This document shows positions 29,718-38,841 of a stretch of 64,000 nt of DNA, one piece after another. A program made the translations under genes and the position numbers. The DNA comes from an uncultured Puniceicoccaceae bacterium (GTDB lineage Bacteria; Verrucomicrobiota; Verrucomicrobiia; Opitutales; Oceanipulchritudinaceae): NCBI GenBank assembly GCA_963933835.1, contig CAWVVV010000002.1, positions 1 to 64,000 of the forward strand, written 5' to 3'. How positions within the stretch are numbered: position 1 is the stretch's first letter; the number at the start of each line of letters is the position of its first letter. The notes beneath the pieces were generated by a model. It searched no databases and was not told the DNA's origin. It saw nothing but the letters and a program-made list of their open reading frames with translations.

Positions 29718-30323
29718 TTGATGGTTAAACTCCAAAGCACAAAAATCAAACTGCTCGAAAATGCGACGATCGAGTTTGCCCGCTATGGTGCCCGAGCAGT
29801 CGGCGTGGATCACTTGTGCAAAGTTGCCGGTATCAACAAAGGTAGCTTTTACCACTATTATCCATCCAAACAGTCCCTCATAGTCGCCTGCTTAAATGCC
29901 GAGTGGGATACGCTTAGAGACCATCTCCTCGCGCCGGCATTCTCGCCCGAGATCAAGCCACTGAATCGTATTCAGACCTATTTCCAAATCATCGCGGATC
30001 GCCAGAAGGCGTTCAAATCTGCGCATGGGATCTATCCCGGCTGCCTCATGTGCACCCTCGGTAGTGAACTTGGCCCGGAAGATGAAATTATCCGCGAGCG
30101 CGTAAGAAACTACTATAGTAGAAACACCGCCTATCTCTACTCTGCATTCAAAGAAGCTTCAGATGACCGATCGGTCAAGATAGACCCTAGTAGGCTAGCT
30201 GAAGAAGCCTCACTAGTCATCCCGGCAGCCCTCTTACAGGTGCGGAGTATTCAGGACCTAAAACCGTTAGCACTCGCAAATGAACTGATTATGCGGTTTG
30301 CACGCCAACCAGCAGAAATTTGA
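29718..30323 (+). CDS. TetR/AcrR family regulator (NemR-like)
   Basis: HTH AGINKGSFYHYYPSK; GCLM motif. Confidence 0.9.
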   Translation: MMVKLQSTKIKLLENATIEFARYGARAVGVDHLCKVAGINKGSFYHYYPSKQSLIVACLNAEWDTLRDHLLAPAFSPEIKPLNRIQTYFQIIADRQKAFKSAHGIYPGCLMCTLGSELGPEDEIIRERVRNYYSRNTAYLYSAFKEASDDRSVKIDPSRLAEEASLVIPAALLQVRSIQDLKPLALANELIMRFARQPAEI

Positions 30324-30383
30324 ATTATAAAAAATATTTAAATAAATACGTGACATTGTAACGAGCTTAGCTACATTCCTGTA

Positions 30384-30533
30384 CATCGGTAGACAGAGCC
30401 GATAAATTAGAGCTTAGTTTCTGGCAAGCGATAGGCCAAAGACAATAAGTATACAGTATAGACAGAGATAGGGCATGATTTGACAGTGTCATTGCCCAAA
30501 GAGCCGTTCCGAAAGGAGCGGCTCTTTCTTTTT
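30384..30533 (+). ncRNA. Candidate small RNA
   Basis: Promoter-like GTGACA-16bp-TACATT, three hairpins, then a terminator; no plus-strand ORF in the track. Confidence 0.4.
30498..30533 (+). terminator. Strong intrinsic terminator
   Basis: aaagagccgttcc-GAAA-ggagcggctcttt-cttttt. Confidence 0.85.
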
Positions 30534-30650
30534 ACAAGATTCGCCTGTTGAAAAGCCCAAAGAATTGACCGAGCGTACAACAGAACAAACGGTAAATTGA
30601 ACATTGTTCGCCGTTGACGGTCTTTTAAAAGCATAACACATCCTATCTTA

Positions 30651-31533
30651 ATGAAATACCCCCTTCATAAACACGCGTTTCGGACTGCTGCTCCTGCCCC
30701 TGGGAGCCATTCAGTTAACAGGTCAGGTGCCCAGCGAAGAAGCTGAAGCCAAACCAGAATACGACGCCGACACCCTCATGTATAGCATGGGGTATGTCAT
30801 GGCTTCGCAAATCGATCTTGAGATCGGATTATCCGAAAAAGAGCTCGAACTCGTCCTCAAGGGCATGCGCGATCAAGCTACAGGGACGCCTCAACCCGAC
30901 GACTACAACGAACGGGCAACCGCTATTCGTGATCTCTTCGTGACCCGTCGCAAGGCCTACCAGAATGAGGTTAATGCCAAGAACACGGTAATCGGCAGCG
31001 AGGCTCTTGCAGTGCTAAAGGCTGAGAAGAACCTAATGGAAACGGAATCTGGCCTACTCTACGAAATCATCGAGGCCGGGAATCAGGAGCTACTACCTTT
31101 AATTGATGACAGCGCCACGATCAACTTTGACGCCTCACACATGGACTTGAGCCACTTTGACGTCGCCGAAAACACGACGATTAGGATCCGCCCCACCCCG
31201 AAGACTTTACCGGGACTGATTGAAGGCATCCAACTCATCGGGGAAGGTGGGCGCGTAATATTGTATATACCGAGTGAGTTCGCTTTCGGAGAGAGTCCTC
31301 CCAGTGGAGCTGACGTGGAGCCAGGCGAGGCTTTGATTTTCGATGTCTCTCTGTCGAGGGTTTTCAAGGCTCCGAAGAAGGCTAGCCTGCCCGCAGGCTT
31401 TGATCCCTCCGTAATGCCAAGCGGCCCTCCGATGGTTGCTCCCCCAGGTCCTCCTCCAGACCCTCCCCCGGCATTACCTGAAGGTCTTAAACCACCCTCA
31501 TCGCCACCGCCCTCCGCTGCGAACGCGAAGTAA
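30651..31533 (+). CDS. FKBP-type PPIase (FkpA/Mip-like) with apparent 5' frameshift
   Basis: YSMG dimerisation helix, TESGLLYEII, PGLIEGIQL, YIPSEFAFG, LIFDV; Pro-rich tail; ATG 30651 is out of frame by one C. Confidence 0.8.
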
Positions 31534-31555
31534 ACAGGCCGAAGTTAATTTATAC

Positions 31556-31598
31556 AAAACCCCCGAACTAAACATTCGGGGGTTTTTTGTGATTCGAA
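31556..31598. terminator. Bidirectional terminator between FKBP gene and proS
   Basis: aaaacccccgaa...ttcgggggtttttt. Confidence 0.88.
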
Positions 31599-31630
31599 AT
31601 AGAGAAGGCTCAGAACCGGCAGGAAGCCTC

Positions 31631-33148
31631 TTAATAAGACTTGGCAAACACGACGCGCTGCGCGCTCGGTTCGCCTGTAAAAATACACTTACCAGGCTGC
31701 GGATCTTTCTCAAAAGGCACACAGCGAATCGTCACCTTGAGTTCCTCACTCAGGCGCTTCTCAAGCACCGGATCGCCATTAAAGTGCGCATAGGCAAAGC
31801 CACCATGTATCTCTGGCTTGTTAGCATTCTCAGGAGTGAAGTAGGCGCGAAAGTCAGCCTCTGAATCTATCACGGATGAATGTGCCTCACGATGCGCTTT
31901 AGCCCGCTCTAAAAGACCGCTCTGCATGTCATCGAGGATTCCTCCGACGCGTTCCAAAAACTCACCACGTGGGATGCCTGCCTTCTCACCGGTATCCCGA
32001 CGGGCCATGAAAAGCTTATCGTCAGCCAGATCTCGAGGTCCGACTTCCAGCCGAATCGGCACACCCTTCTTCACCCAACCCCACATCTTATCGCCACCGC
32101 GCAAATCACGGTCATCGAGGATGACTTCGAGCGGACGACCATTCCAGATGATACCACGCAAAGCCGCTTTCAGTTCCACGCAGTAGTCGAGGATCTTAGT
32201 GCGGAATTCCTCCTTGTTCAGAACGGGCAAAATCACAATTTGAGCTGGTGCGAGCTTCGGCGGGAGAACCAAACCGTCGTCGTCACTATGCGTCATAACA
32301 AGGCCACCAACAAGCCGCGTCGACACGCCCCAAGACGTCGTCCAAGCATGCTCTAGCCCACCCTCTTCGGTTTGAAACTCAATCCCCGAAGCCTTCGCGA
32401 AATTCTGTCCTAGGAAGTGAGAGGTTCCTGCCTGCAACGCCTTCCGATCCTGCATCATCGCCTCGATACAGTAGGTCGAAACGGCTCCAGGGAAACGTTC
32501 TCCCTCCGTCTTCTCACCCGTGAGCACTGGCATCGCCATCGAGCTCTCAGCGAAGTCTGCGTAGACCTCCAACATTTTACGGGTTTCTTCGAGCGCTTCC
32601 TCGCGGGTGGCGTGGGCCGTGTGTCCCTCTTGCCAGAGAAATTCCGCCGTGCGCAAAAAGAGCCGTGTGCGCATTTCCCAACGGACAACATTCGCCCATT
32701 GGTTGATGAGAATCGGCAGGTCACGATAGCTCTGGACCCACTTCGCATACATCTCGCCAATGATTGTCTCCGACGTAGGCCGCACGATCAGTGGCTCCTC
32801 CAGCGGCGAAGCTGGGACCAGTTTGCCAGTCTCATCCGCCTCGAGGCGCGAGTGCGTAACAACGGCACACTCCTTGGCAAAGCCGTCGACGTGTTGAGCT
32901 TCTTTTTCTAGATAGCTCACCGGAATAAAGAGCGGAAAATAGGCGTTCACATGGCCCGTATCCTTGAAGCGCTGATCGAGATCGCGCTGCATGTTTTCCC
33001 AGATCGTGTAGCCCCACGGCTTGATCACCATACACCCGCGCACCGGCGAGTTTTCCGCAAGGTCAGCAGCTTTCACTACCTGCTGATACCATTCTGGGTA
33101 ATTCTCTGCCCTCGTGGGCGTAATCGCTGTGCGTTTGGGTTTAGCCAT
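31631..33148 (-). CDS. proS: Proline--tRNA ligase (eukaryote/archaea-like type)
   Basis: RPTSET, QWANVVRWE, FLRTAEFLWQEGHT, TSHFLGQNF, C-terminal AKSY. Confidence 0.96.
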   Translation of the reverse strand: MAKPKRTAITPTRAENYPEWYQQVVKAADLAENSPVRGCMVIKPWGYTIWENMQRDLDQRFKDTGHVNAYFPLFIPVSYLEKEAQHVDGFAKECAVVTHSRLEADETGKLVPASPLEEPLIVRPTSETIIGEMYAKWVQSYRDLPILINQWANVVRWEMRTRLFLRTAEFLWQEGHTAHATREEALEETRKMLEVYADFAESSMAMPVLTGEKTEGERFPGAVSTYCIEAMMQDRKALQAGTSHFLGQNFAKASGIEFQTEEGGLEHAWTTSWGVSTRLVGGLVMTHSDDDGLVLPPKLAPAQIVILPVLNKEEFRTKILDYCVELKAALRGIIWNGRPLEVILDDRDLRGGDKMWGWVKKGVPIRLEVGPRDLADDKLFMARRDTGEKAGIPRGEFLERVGGILDDMQSGLLERAKAHREAHSSVIDSEADFRAYFTPENANKPEIHGGFAYAHFNGDPVLEKRLSEELKVTIRCVPFEKDPQPGKCIFTGEPSAQRVVFAKSY

Positions 33149-33251
33149 AGTGTTCTTGGGAAAATGAAACAACGCCAAGCCCACCTCCCAAGCGCAAGCA
33201 GGAATCAATCATCGACCGATTGAGGCACCTAAGAATTAGGCGTATTCCAAC

Positions 33252-34418
33252 TCAGGATAATCGATCCCGATAGTCCGAGTATCCGTATCTCCGCACGACT
33301 TTGAAATCACGGTTCGTCGGATTCCAAGTCGCTAAGTGAGGATGCTGAATACCGTTAAAGGTCGTTGTCTTGACCATCGTGTAGTGCGCCATATCGCGAA
33401 ATACAACGCGGTCACCGATCTTTAGCGGTCGATCGAAACTGTATGCCCCGATCATATCGCCGGCGAGGCAGCTCAGCCCACCCAATCGACAGTCCCACAC
33501 CCGTTCTCCGGGGAGGGACGCATCCACGATCTCTGGGCGATAAGGCATCTCAAGCACATCTGGCATGTGGCAGGTCGCGGAAATGTCGAGGATCGCGATA
33601 GGCCCCTCCGGTGACGGGACAACATCCAACACCGTAGAAGCAAGGACACCGGTATTGATTCCAATCGCTTCGCCTGGCTCCAGATACACCTGTAGGTGGG
33701 GCCACTTATGGCGGAAACGCTTGATTAAACTGACAAGATGTTCGCGGTCGTACTTCGGCGCCGTGATGTGATGACCTCCACCAAAATTCACCCATTTCAT
33801 CTCAGGCAAGAACTCGCCGAACTTAGCCTCAAAATGCTCCAAAGTCCGGGCGAGCGTGCCTGCCCCTTGCTCACACAGGGTATGAAAGTGGAGCCCCTCG
33901 ATCCCGCTCAAATTGTGCCCCTCGAGATCAGCTCTCCGAATCCCGAGGCGCGATCCCGCCGCGCACGGATTATAAAGCTCCACTTCGACTTCCGAATACT
34001 CGGGGTTCACCCGCAACCCAAGGGAAAGAGTCTGTCCTGAATTCTGGATACGCTCTCGAAATCGCTCCCACTGACCAACGGAGTTAAAAGAGACCTGATG
34101 CGCAATCGGCAGAACCGCCTCGATATCTGCCTCTGAAAAAGCAGTTGCGTAGACATGGACCTCTTTGCGGAAAAAATCGTGCCCTAGTTGAGCCTCGTGC
34201 GGCCCGCTCGCCGTGACACCCGCTAAATACTCACGAAGAAGCGGAAAGGTCGCATGCATCGCGAAGCCTTTGAGCGCCAGAAGGATCTTTGCCCCGCTTG
34301 CTTCCTGCACCTCTCGGAGAAGCTCTAAATTCGAGCGCAACCGCTCAAGATCAACCACATAGCAGGGCGATGGCAGATCGCCGGGGAGCTTGGGGTCGTA
34401 TTTAACTAAATGATCCAT
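33252..34418 (-). CDS. nspC: Carboxynorspermidine decarboxylase
   Basis: LALKGF, GLHFHTLCE, GGGHHIT, EPGEA, CLAGD, YTMVKTTTFNG. Confidence 0.94.
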   Translation of the reverse strand: MDHLVKYDPKLPGDLPSPCYVVDLERLRSNLELLREVQEASGAKILLALKGFAMHATFPLLREYLAGVTASGPHEAQLGHDFFRKEVHVYATAFSEADIEAVLPIAHQVSFNSVGQWERFRERIQNSGQTLSLGLRVNPEYSEVEVELYNPCAAGSRLGIRRADLEGHNLSGIEGLHFHTLCEQGAGTLARTLEHFEAKFGEFLPEMKWVNFGGGHHITAPKYDREHLVSLIKRFRHKWPHLQVYLEPGEAIGINTGVLASTVLDVVPSPEGPIAILDISATCHMPDVLEMPYRPEIVDASLPGERVWDCRLGGLSCLAGDMIGAYSFDRPLKIGDRVVFRDMAHYTMVKTTTFNGIQHPHLATWNPTNRDFKVVRRYGYSDYRDRLS

Positions 34419-34434
34419 TAACTATCTTCCTTCC

Positions 34435-34494
34435 TCCTCATAACCCCAATCCCAATCTTAATCTTAATCTTAATCCCAATCCTAATCCTAATCA
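34435..34494. repeat. Hexamer array YAATCY x9 (left boundary)
   Basis: tcctca taaccc caatcc caatct taatct taatct taatcc caatcc taatcc taatca. Confidence 0.9.
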
Positions 34495-34925
34495 TCAACT
34501 AAACCTGAATCCCTCTCTTGCCCTTCATCTACAGACAATCCTGCACCATAGATTTCCTGCTCCTCTTGCACTGAAGTCCCTCCGTTTTTTCTGATAAGGC
34601 CAAGGAGCAGACTTACAATAGTGCCTAATTGTTCCTTACCCTCGCCAACACGTTCAGGCGACAGGAAGCCTCTTGCGACAATAACATCCAGGCACGCCGC
34701 ACATTCAAAAGCTGAACTTGAAGCAATCTGAAAGTACTTTGAGCGATCTTTGGGATAAAACTTGGCGTTCCCCTCTGCCAAATTGAGCGGCACACTTGTA
34801 GAAGCACGATCGAGTTGGTTCTTAACAGCTATCCCAGGTGTAAGTTCATCTAGTAGTTGCGAAACCCAACCAACAAATTCAATCGAATTCCTGTATGCCA
34901 AAAGCTTTTCGTGGGAGAAGGCCAT
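34488..34925 (-). CDS. Four helix bundle protein (23S rRNA IVS-protein family)
   Basis: FSHEKLLAY, QLDRASTSVPLNLAEG, IASSSAFEC signature. Confidence 0.92.
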   Translation of the reverse strand: MAFSHEKLLAYRNSIEFVGWVSQLLDELTPGIAVKNQLDRASTSVPLNLAEGNAKFYPKDRSKYFQIASSSAFECAACLDVIVARGFLSPERVGEGKEQLGTIVSLLLGLIRKNGGTSVQEEQEIYGAGLSVDEGQERDSGLVDD

Positions 34926-34934
34926 GAGACTATT

Positions 34935-34970
34935 TGATTAGGATTAACATTATGATTAGGATTCTGAGGA
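34935..34970. repeat. Inverted hexamer array (right boundary)
   Basis: t gattag gattaa cattat gattag gattct gagga is the reverse complement of the left array type. Confidence 0.85.
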
Positions 34971-34976
34971 AACCCG

Positions 34977-36182
34977 TTACCCCACGATCGGTTCTGGCTT
35001 CTTCTCCAAAACCGTTTCGATCCAAGGAAGTCCTCGCTTGTTGAGCTCGGCCATGAAGGGATCGGGATCGAATTCTTCAACATTGAAGACCCCTTCCCCT
35101 TTCCACTGGCCGTTCAGCATCATTTTCGCACCGATCATCGCGGGAACACCCGTCGTATAGGAAACGCCCTGTGAGTTTGTTTCTTCGAAGCACTGCTCAT
35201 GATCGCAAATGTTATAGATGTAATAGATTTTCTGCGCCCCATCTTTGATTCCATCTACGACACAGCCAATGCAAGTTTTGCCTTTTGTCGTCTTCCCGAG
35301 ATCACCTGGGTTCGGGAGAACAGACTTCAGAAACTGTAGTGGAATAATCTCTACACCATTGTGCATTACCGGATCGATCCGCGTCATACCGACGTTTTCT
35401 AAAACGCGTAAATGCGTCAGATACTGCTCCCCGAAGGTCATCCAAAAGCGCATGCGCTTGATCTCGGGTAGATTCTTCGAAAGCGATTCCATCTCCTCGT
35501 GATACATGAGGTAGATTTCTTTCGGACCGATCCCCTCCGGAAAATCAAAGGTGCGATGCACCTCGAGCGGCCCGGTTTCCTGCCAAGCACCCTCCTGCCA
35601 AAAGCGACCATTCGCGGTGACCTCGCGGATGTTGATCTCTGGATTAAAATTCGTCGCAAAGTGTTGGCCGTGGTCGCCCGCGTTGCAGTCGATAATGTCG
35701 AGCGTCTCGATCTGATCGAAGTGGTGCTTTTTGGCGTGGGCGGTAAAAACGTTCGTCACGCCAGGATCAAAGCCACATCCGAGCAGCGCCATGAGCCCCG
35801 CCTCCTTGAAACGATCCTGATAGGCCCACTGCCAGTGATACTCAAATTTTGCCTCGTCGCGTGGCTCGTAGTTCGCCGTATCGAGGTAGTTCACTCCTGC
35901 AGCGAGACAGGCGTCCATGATGTGTAGATCCTGATACGGCAGCGCGACATTGATCACGAGATCGGGCTGATGCTTCTTCAGCAGTGCCGTCGTCTCCTCT
36001 ACATTATCCGCATCTACCTGAGTGGTCTGAATCGGACGAGAGAGCTCTGCTGCGATGCTATCGCAACTCGATTGTCGCCGACTAGCTAAAATAATTTCGG
36101 AGAACGTTTCCGTATCCTGCGCACATTTATGCGCGACCACGCGGCCCACGCCTCCAGCTCCAATAATCAGTACTTTGCTCAT
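34977..36182 (-). CDS. Carboxynorspermidine synthase/dehydrogenase (saccharopine dehydrogenase family)
   Basis: GAGGVG, NVALPYQD, YLDTANYE, GFDPGVT, FATNFNPEINIRE; lies upstream of nspC. Confidence 0.93.
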   Translation of the reverse strand: MSKVLIIGAGGVGRVVAHKCAQDTETFSEIILASRRQSSCDSIAAELSRPIQTTQVDADNVEETTALLKKHQPDLVINVALPYQDLHIMDACLAAGVNYLDTANYEPRDEAKFEYHWQWAYQDRFKEAGLMALLGCGFDPGVTNVFTAHAKKHHFDQIETLDIIDCNAGDHGQHFATNFNPEINIREVTANGRFWQEGAWQETGPLEVHRTFDFPEGIGPKEIYLMYHEEMESLSKNLPEIKRMRFWMTFGEQYLTHLRVLENVGMTRIDPVMHNGVEIIPLQFLKSVLPNPGDLGKTTKGKTCIGCVVDGIKDGAQKIYYIYNICDHEQCFEETNSQGVSYTTGVPAMIGAKMMLNGQWKGEGVFNVEEFDPDPFMAELNKRGLPWIETVLEKKPEPIVG

Positions 36183-36248
36183 GATCAAAAAATAGGGCCG
36201 ACATCGGAGAACGAATTGATCCGAAGAGCGAGTCTTTCCTCTTCAACC

Positions 36249-36707
36249 CTAAAGACTAAAGCCATCGGGCAAAAGCTGCTCCGCGCTCGTCACTATGACC
36301 TTCGAGAAATCTGCATCACCGCAGAGCACTTGGATGTCACGCCCCGCGCGCTTCGAGGCTTCAAAAATCCACTGACGACAGGCTCCGCATGGACGCACGA
36401 CATCAGCCTCGGGTGCAAAATTTGAACCCTCTGGCTTCGCGCAAATCGCAATCGCAGTGATCGCTGGAACGGCCTCAGCCGACTGAGCGGCACAGAGGGC
36501 AGCGCGCTCCGCACAAAGGGTCAGCCCATAGGAAGCGCTCTCGTAGTTGGCTCCAGTAAAAATCGCCCCATCCCCAGTCATGATAGCAGCTCCGACCATG
36601 AAAGATGAGTAGGGTGCATAGGCTTTAGCGCGCGCTGCGAGCGCGGCATCAAAGAGAGGTTGCCACTTTTCAAGTCCCTCGGCGTCGAGCCAAACCGGAG
36701 TATCCAT
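36249..36707 (-). CDS. cdd: Cytidine deaminase
   Basis: AYAPYS, CAERAA, PCGACRQ. Confidence 0.93.
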   Translation of the reverse strand: MDTPVWLDAEGLEKWQPLFDAALAARAKAYAPYSSFMVGAAIMTGDGAIFTGANYESASYGLTLCAERAALCAAQSAEAVPAITAIAICAKPEGSNFAPEADVVRPCGACRQWIFEASKRAGRDIQVLCGDADFSKVIVTSAEQLLPDGFSL

Positions 36708-36733
36708 CTCGTATACCCAACAGGTATCTTAAG

Positions 36734-36809
36734 TGGTGGCGAGACCCGGGTTTGAACCGGGGACACAAGGATTTTCAATCCTCTGCTCTACCAACTGAGC
36801 TATCTCGCC
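36734..36809 (-). tRNA. tRNA-Phe(GAA)
   Basis: Reverse complement GGCGAGATAGCTCAGTTGGTAGAGC...TTGAAAA...GGTTCAAACCCGGGTCTCGCCACCA, 76 nt. Confidence 0.97.
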
Positions 36810-36860
36810 CTCGTTTCCCAAAGAGAAAGCAGCGGATGAAGGCAATCTGCCCGTGAGGCG

Positions 36861-37889
36861 TCAATCGCCTTTTTTCACTTTACCACTGCCAATTGTAACC
36901 TCTCCGGCAAAAAAGGATTCCAGACCACCATCCGGCATCCGCAAGCAGAGCTGGCCTTCTCGATCGATCCCCTCGACGACGCCGGTCCTAGCTTCTTTGG
37001 GTGAATGAACTTCGACCGTGCGCCCACACAATGCGTCAAATTCTGGCCAGTGCTGAACCAGCTCCTCCAGCGCGGTCCCAGACATGAAAGTATTATAAGC
37101 CCGACAGACAGCGGCAAAGAGGCGGACCAGAAAACGATGACGCCACTCAATGAGCCCTTCGGCTCCGGCGCGACGTAGGCTCGTCGCAACCGCCCGAACC
37201 TCAGGCGGCCATTCCTCAGGATCACTCAAGACATTCAAACCAATGCCAAAGACAAGATCCCGAATCTGATCCGCATCAACGCGCGCCTCGGTCAACATAC
37301 CGGCGAGCTTGCGTTCATCGAGAATGAGATCGTTGGGCCATTTCACCTTCACATCCAACCCCAGCTCAGCCTTTAAAAACTGCGCAATTGCTAGGCCAAA
37401 CCACAGCGTGATCGATGGCATATCGCGGGGCGGGCGGCGGGGATGGAAGGCAAAGCTCGCATAAAGATCACCCCCGCTAGGACTGTGCCAGCGCCGTCCG
37501 AGTCGCCCTCGCCCAGCCGTCTGGCTTCCTGCTACGACAACAAAGGGCGTCGGACTACCCTCCGACAGCAGGCGCTCAGCAGCACTGTTTGTGCTATCAA
37601 TCTCTTCGAAATAATACACCTTGGGCGCACCCAAGACGAGCGGTTGATAAGCATCATAGAGCAGTGCGGAAGACACCAAGGGTTCTCTCAACAGCCTATA
37701 ACCCGAATGACGACGCGCTTCGATTTCGAAGCCCAAACCGCGCAGTTTTTCCACGATCTGGTGGATCGCAGGACGAGACACTTTAAGGCGATCTTCAAGC
37801 ACCCGCCCTGCAACGAAATCCCCCGTCGCGTCCAAGAGTAAAGTCAGCAAATGCTCATGCGTCGGCGGGCGCTCCGAGTCTTCAGTCAT
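36861..37889 (-). CDS. birA: Bifunctional biotin ligase/repressor
   Basis: N-terminal HTH, DSTN, QTAGRGRLGRRW, KWPND, KLAGML. Confidence 0.95.
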   Translation of the reverse strand: MTEDSERPPTHEHLLTLLLDATGDFVAGRVLEDRLKVSRPAIHQIVEKLRGLGFEIEARRHSGYRLLREPLVSSALLYDAYQPLVLGAPKVYYFEEIDSTNSAAERLLSEGSPTPFVVVAGSQTAGRGRLGRRWHSPSGGDLYASFAFHPRRPPRDMPSITLWFGLAIAQFLKAELGLDVKVKWPNDLILDERKLAGMLTEARVDADQIRDLVFGIGLNVLSDPEEWPPEVRAVATSLRRAGAEGLIEWRHRFLVRLFAAVCRAYNTFMSGTALEELVQHWPEFDALCGRTVEVHSPKEARTGVVEGIDREGQLCLRMPDGGLESFFAGEVTIGSGKVKKGD

Positions 37890-38817
37890 TCGCCGAACGC
37901 TCCCAATCCAAACCGATATCCACCCATGCTGCCTGATGCACTGTCGCCCCGGTTGAGATAAAATCTAGCCCAAGAGATGCGAGCCGCGGGAGCCGCTCAA
38001 TCGTAATGCCCCCGCTCGCCTCCGTTGCTGCTTTCCCATCGATCAATGCGATTGCCTCGACGAGGGATTCATCATCAAAATTATCGAGCATGATGACATC
38101 CGCTCCAGCAGCCAAAACAGGCGGGATTTGCTCAAGCGCATCGACTTCGACTTCAATCCCTAGCTTTGGATACGTGCCCTTCGCCTTCTTAACGAGGTCG
38201 GCAAGAGCTTCCCCGCTAAACCCGCCGACGGCCAAGTGATTGTCCTTAAGCATCACCCGGTCGTAGAGACCAAGGCGATGGTTCCAACCGCCACCTGTCG
38301 CAACCGCATATTTTTCCAAAGCGCGCCAGCCAGGGGTTGTCTTACGCGTATCAAGTAACCGCGTCGGCACAGGACCGAGGGCCTCGACATAGCGATGCGT
38401 CTCCGTCGCCACTCCTGAGAGACGTTGAAGGAAATTCAAGACGACGCGCTCCGCTGACAGCATCGCACTCACCGTGCCTTCAAGCACTCCGAGAACCTCA
38501 CCCTGCCTCAGGCGAGCACCATCCTTGACCGAATTCCGGGCGGTAAAGTTGTCGCCATAAATCGCCGAAATGAGCGGGATCAAAGGCATGCCGCAGACCG
38601 ACATTTCTTGGCGCGCGATCAACCTAGCCCGGCCTTTGGCCTTTGGATCAAGCAGCTCCGAACTCACATCAAAAGTTGTGATAGGATCAGCCTTAAACCC
38701 AGCTCCGCTCATATCTTCAGCGCGTGCTCTTTTGATCAATTCTTTCACCCAATTAGAATCGATGTCGTCCCACTCGACCCTGCTGGAATACTGCTCTAAG
38801 CGTTGCGTGGAATTCAT
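37882..38817 (-). CDS. nadC: Nicotinate-nucleotide diphosphorylase (carboxylating)
   Basis: DTRKTTPG, NHRLGL, LKDNH, EVEV, MLDN, EASGGI. Confidence 0.96.
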   Translation of the reverse strand: MNSTQRLEQYSSRVEWDDIDSNWVKELIKRARAEDMSGAGFKADPITTFDVSSELLDPKAKGRARLIARQEMSVCGMPLIPLISAIYGDNFTARNSVKDGARLRQGEVLGVLEGTVSAMLSAERVVLNFLQRLSGVATETHRYVEALGPVPTRLLDTRKTTPGWRALEKYAVATGGGWNHRLGLYDRVMLKDNHLAVGGFSGEALADLVKKAKGTYPKLGIEVEVDALEQIPPVLAAGADVIMLDNFDDESLVEAIALIDGKAATEASGGITIERLPRLASLGLDFISTGATVHQAAWVDIGLDWERSAND

Positions 38818-38841
38818 TTCTGTATCCGTAAATTCATCACA

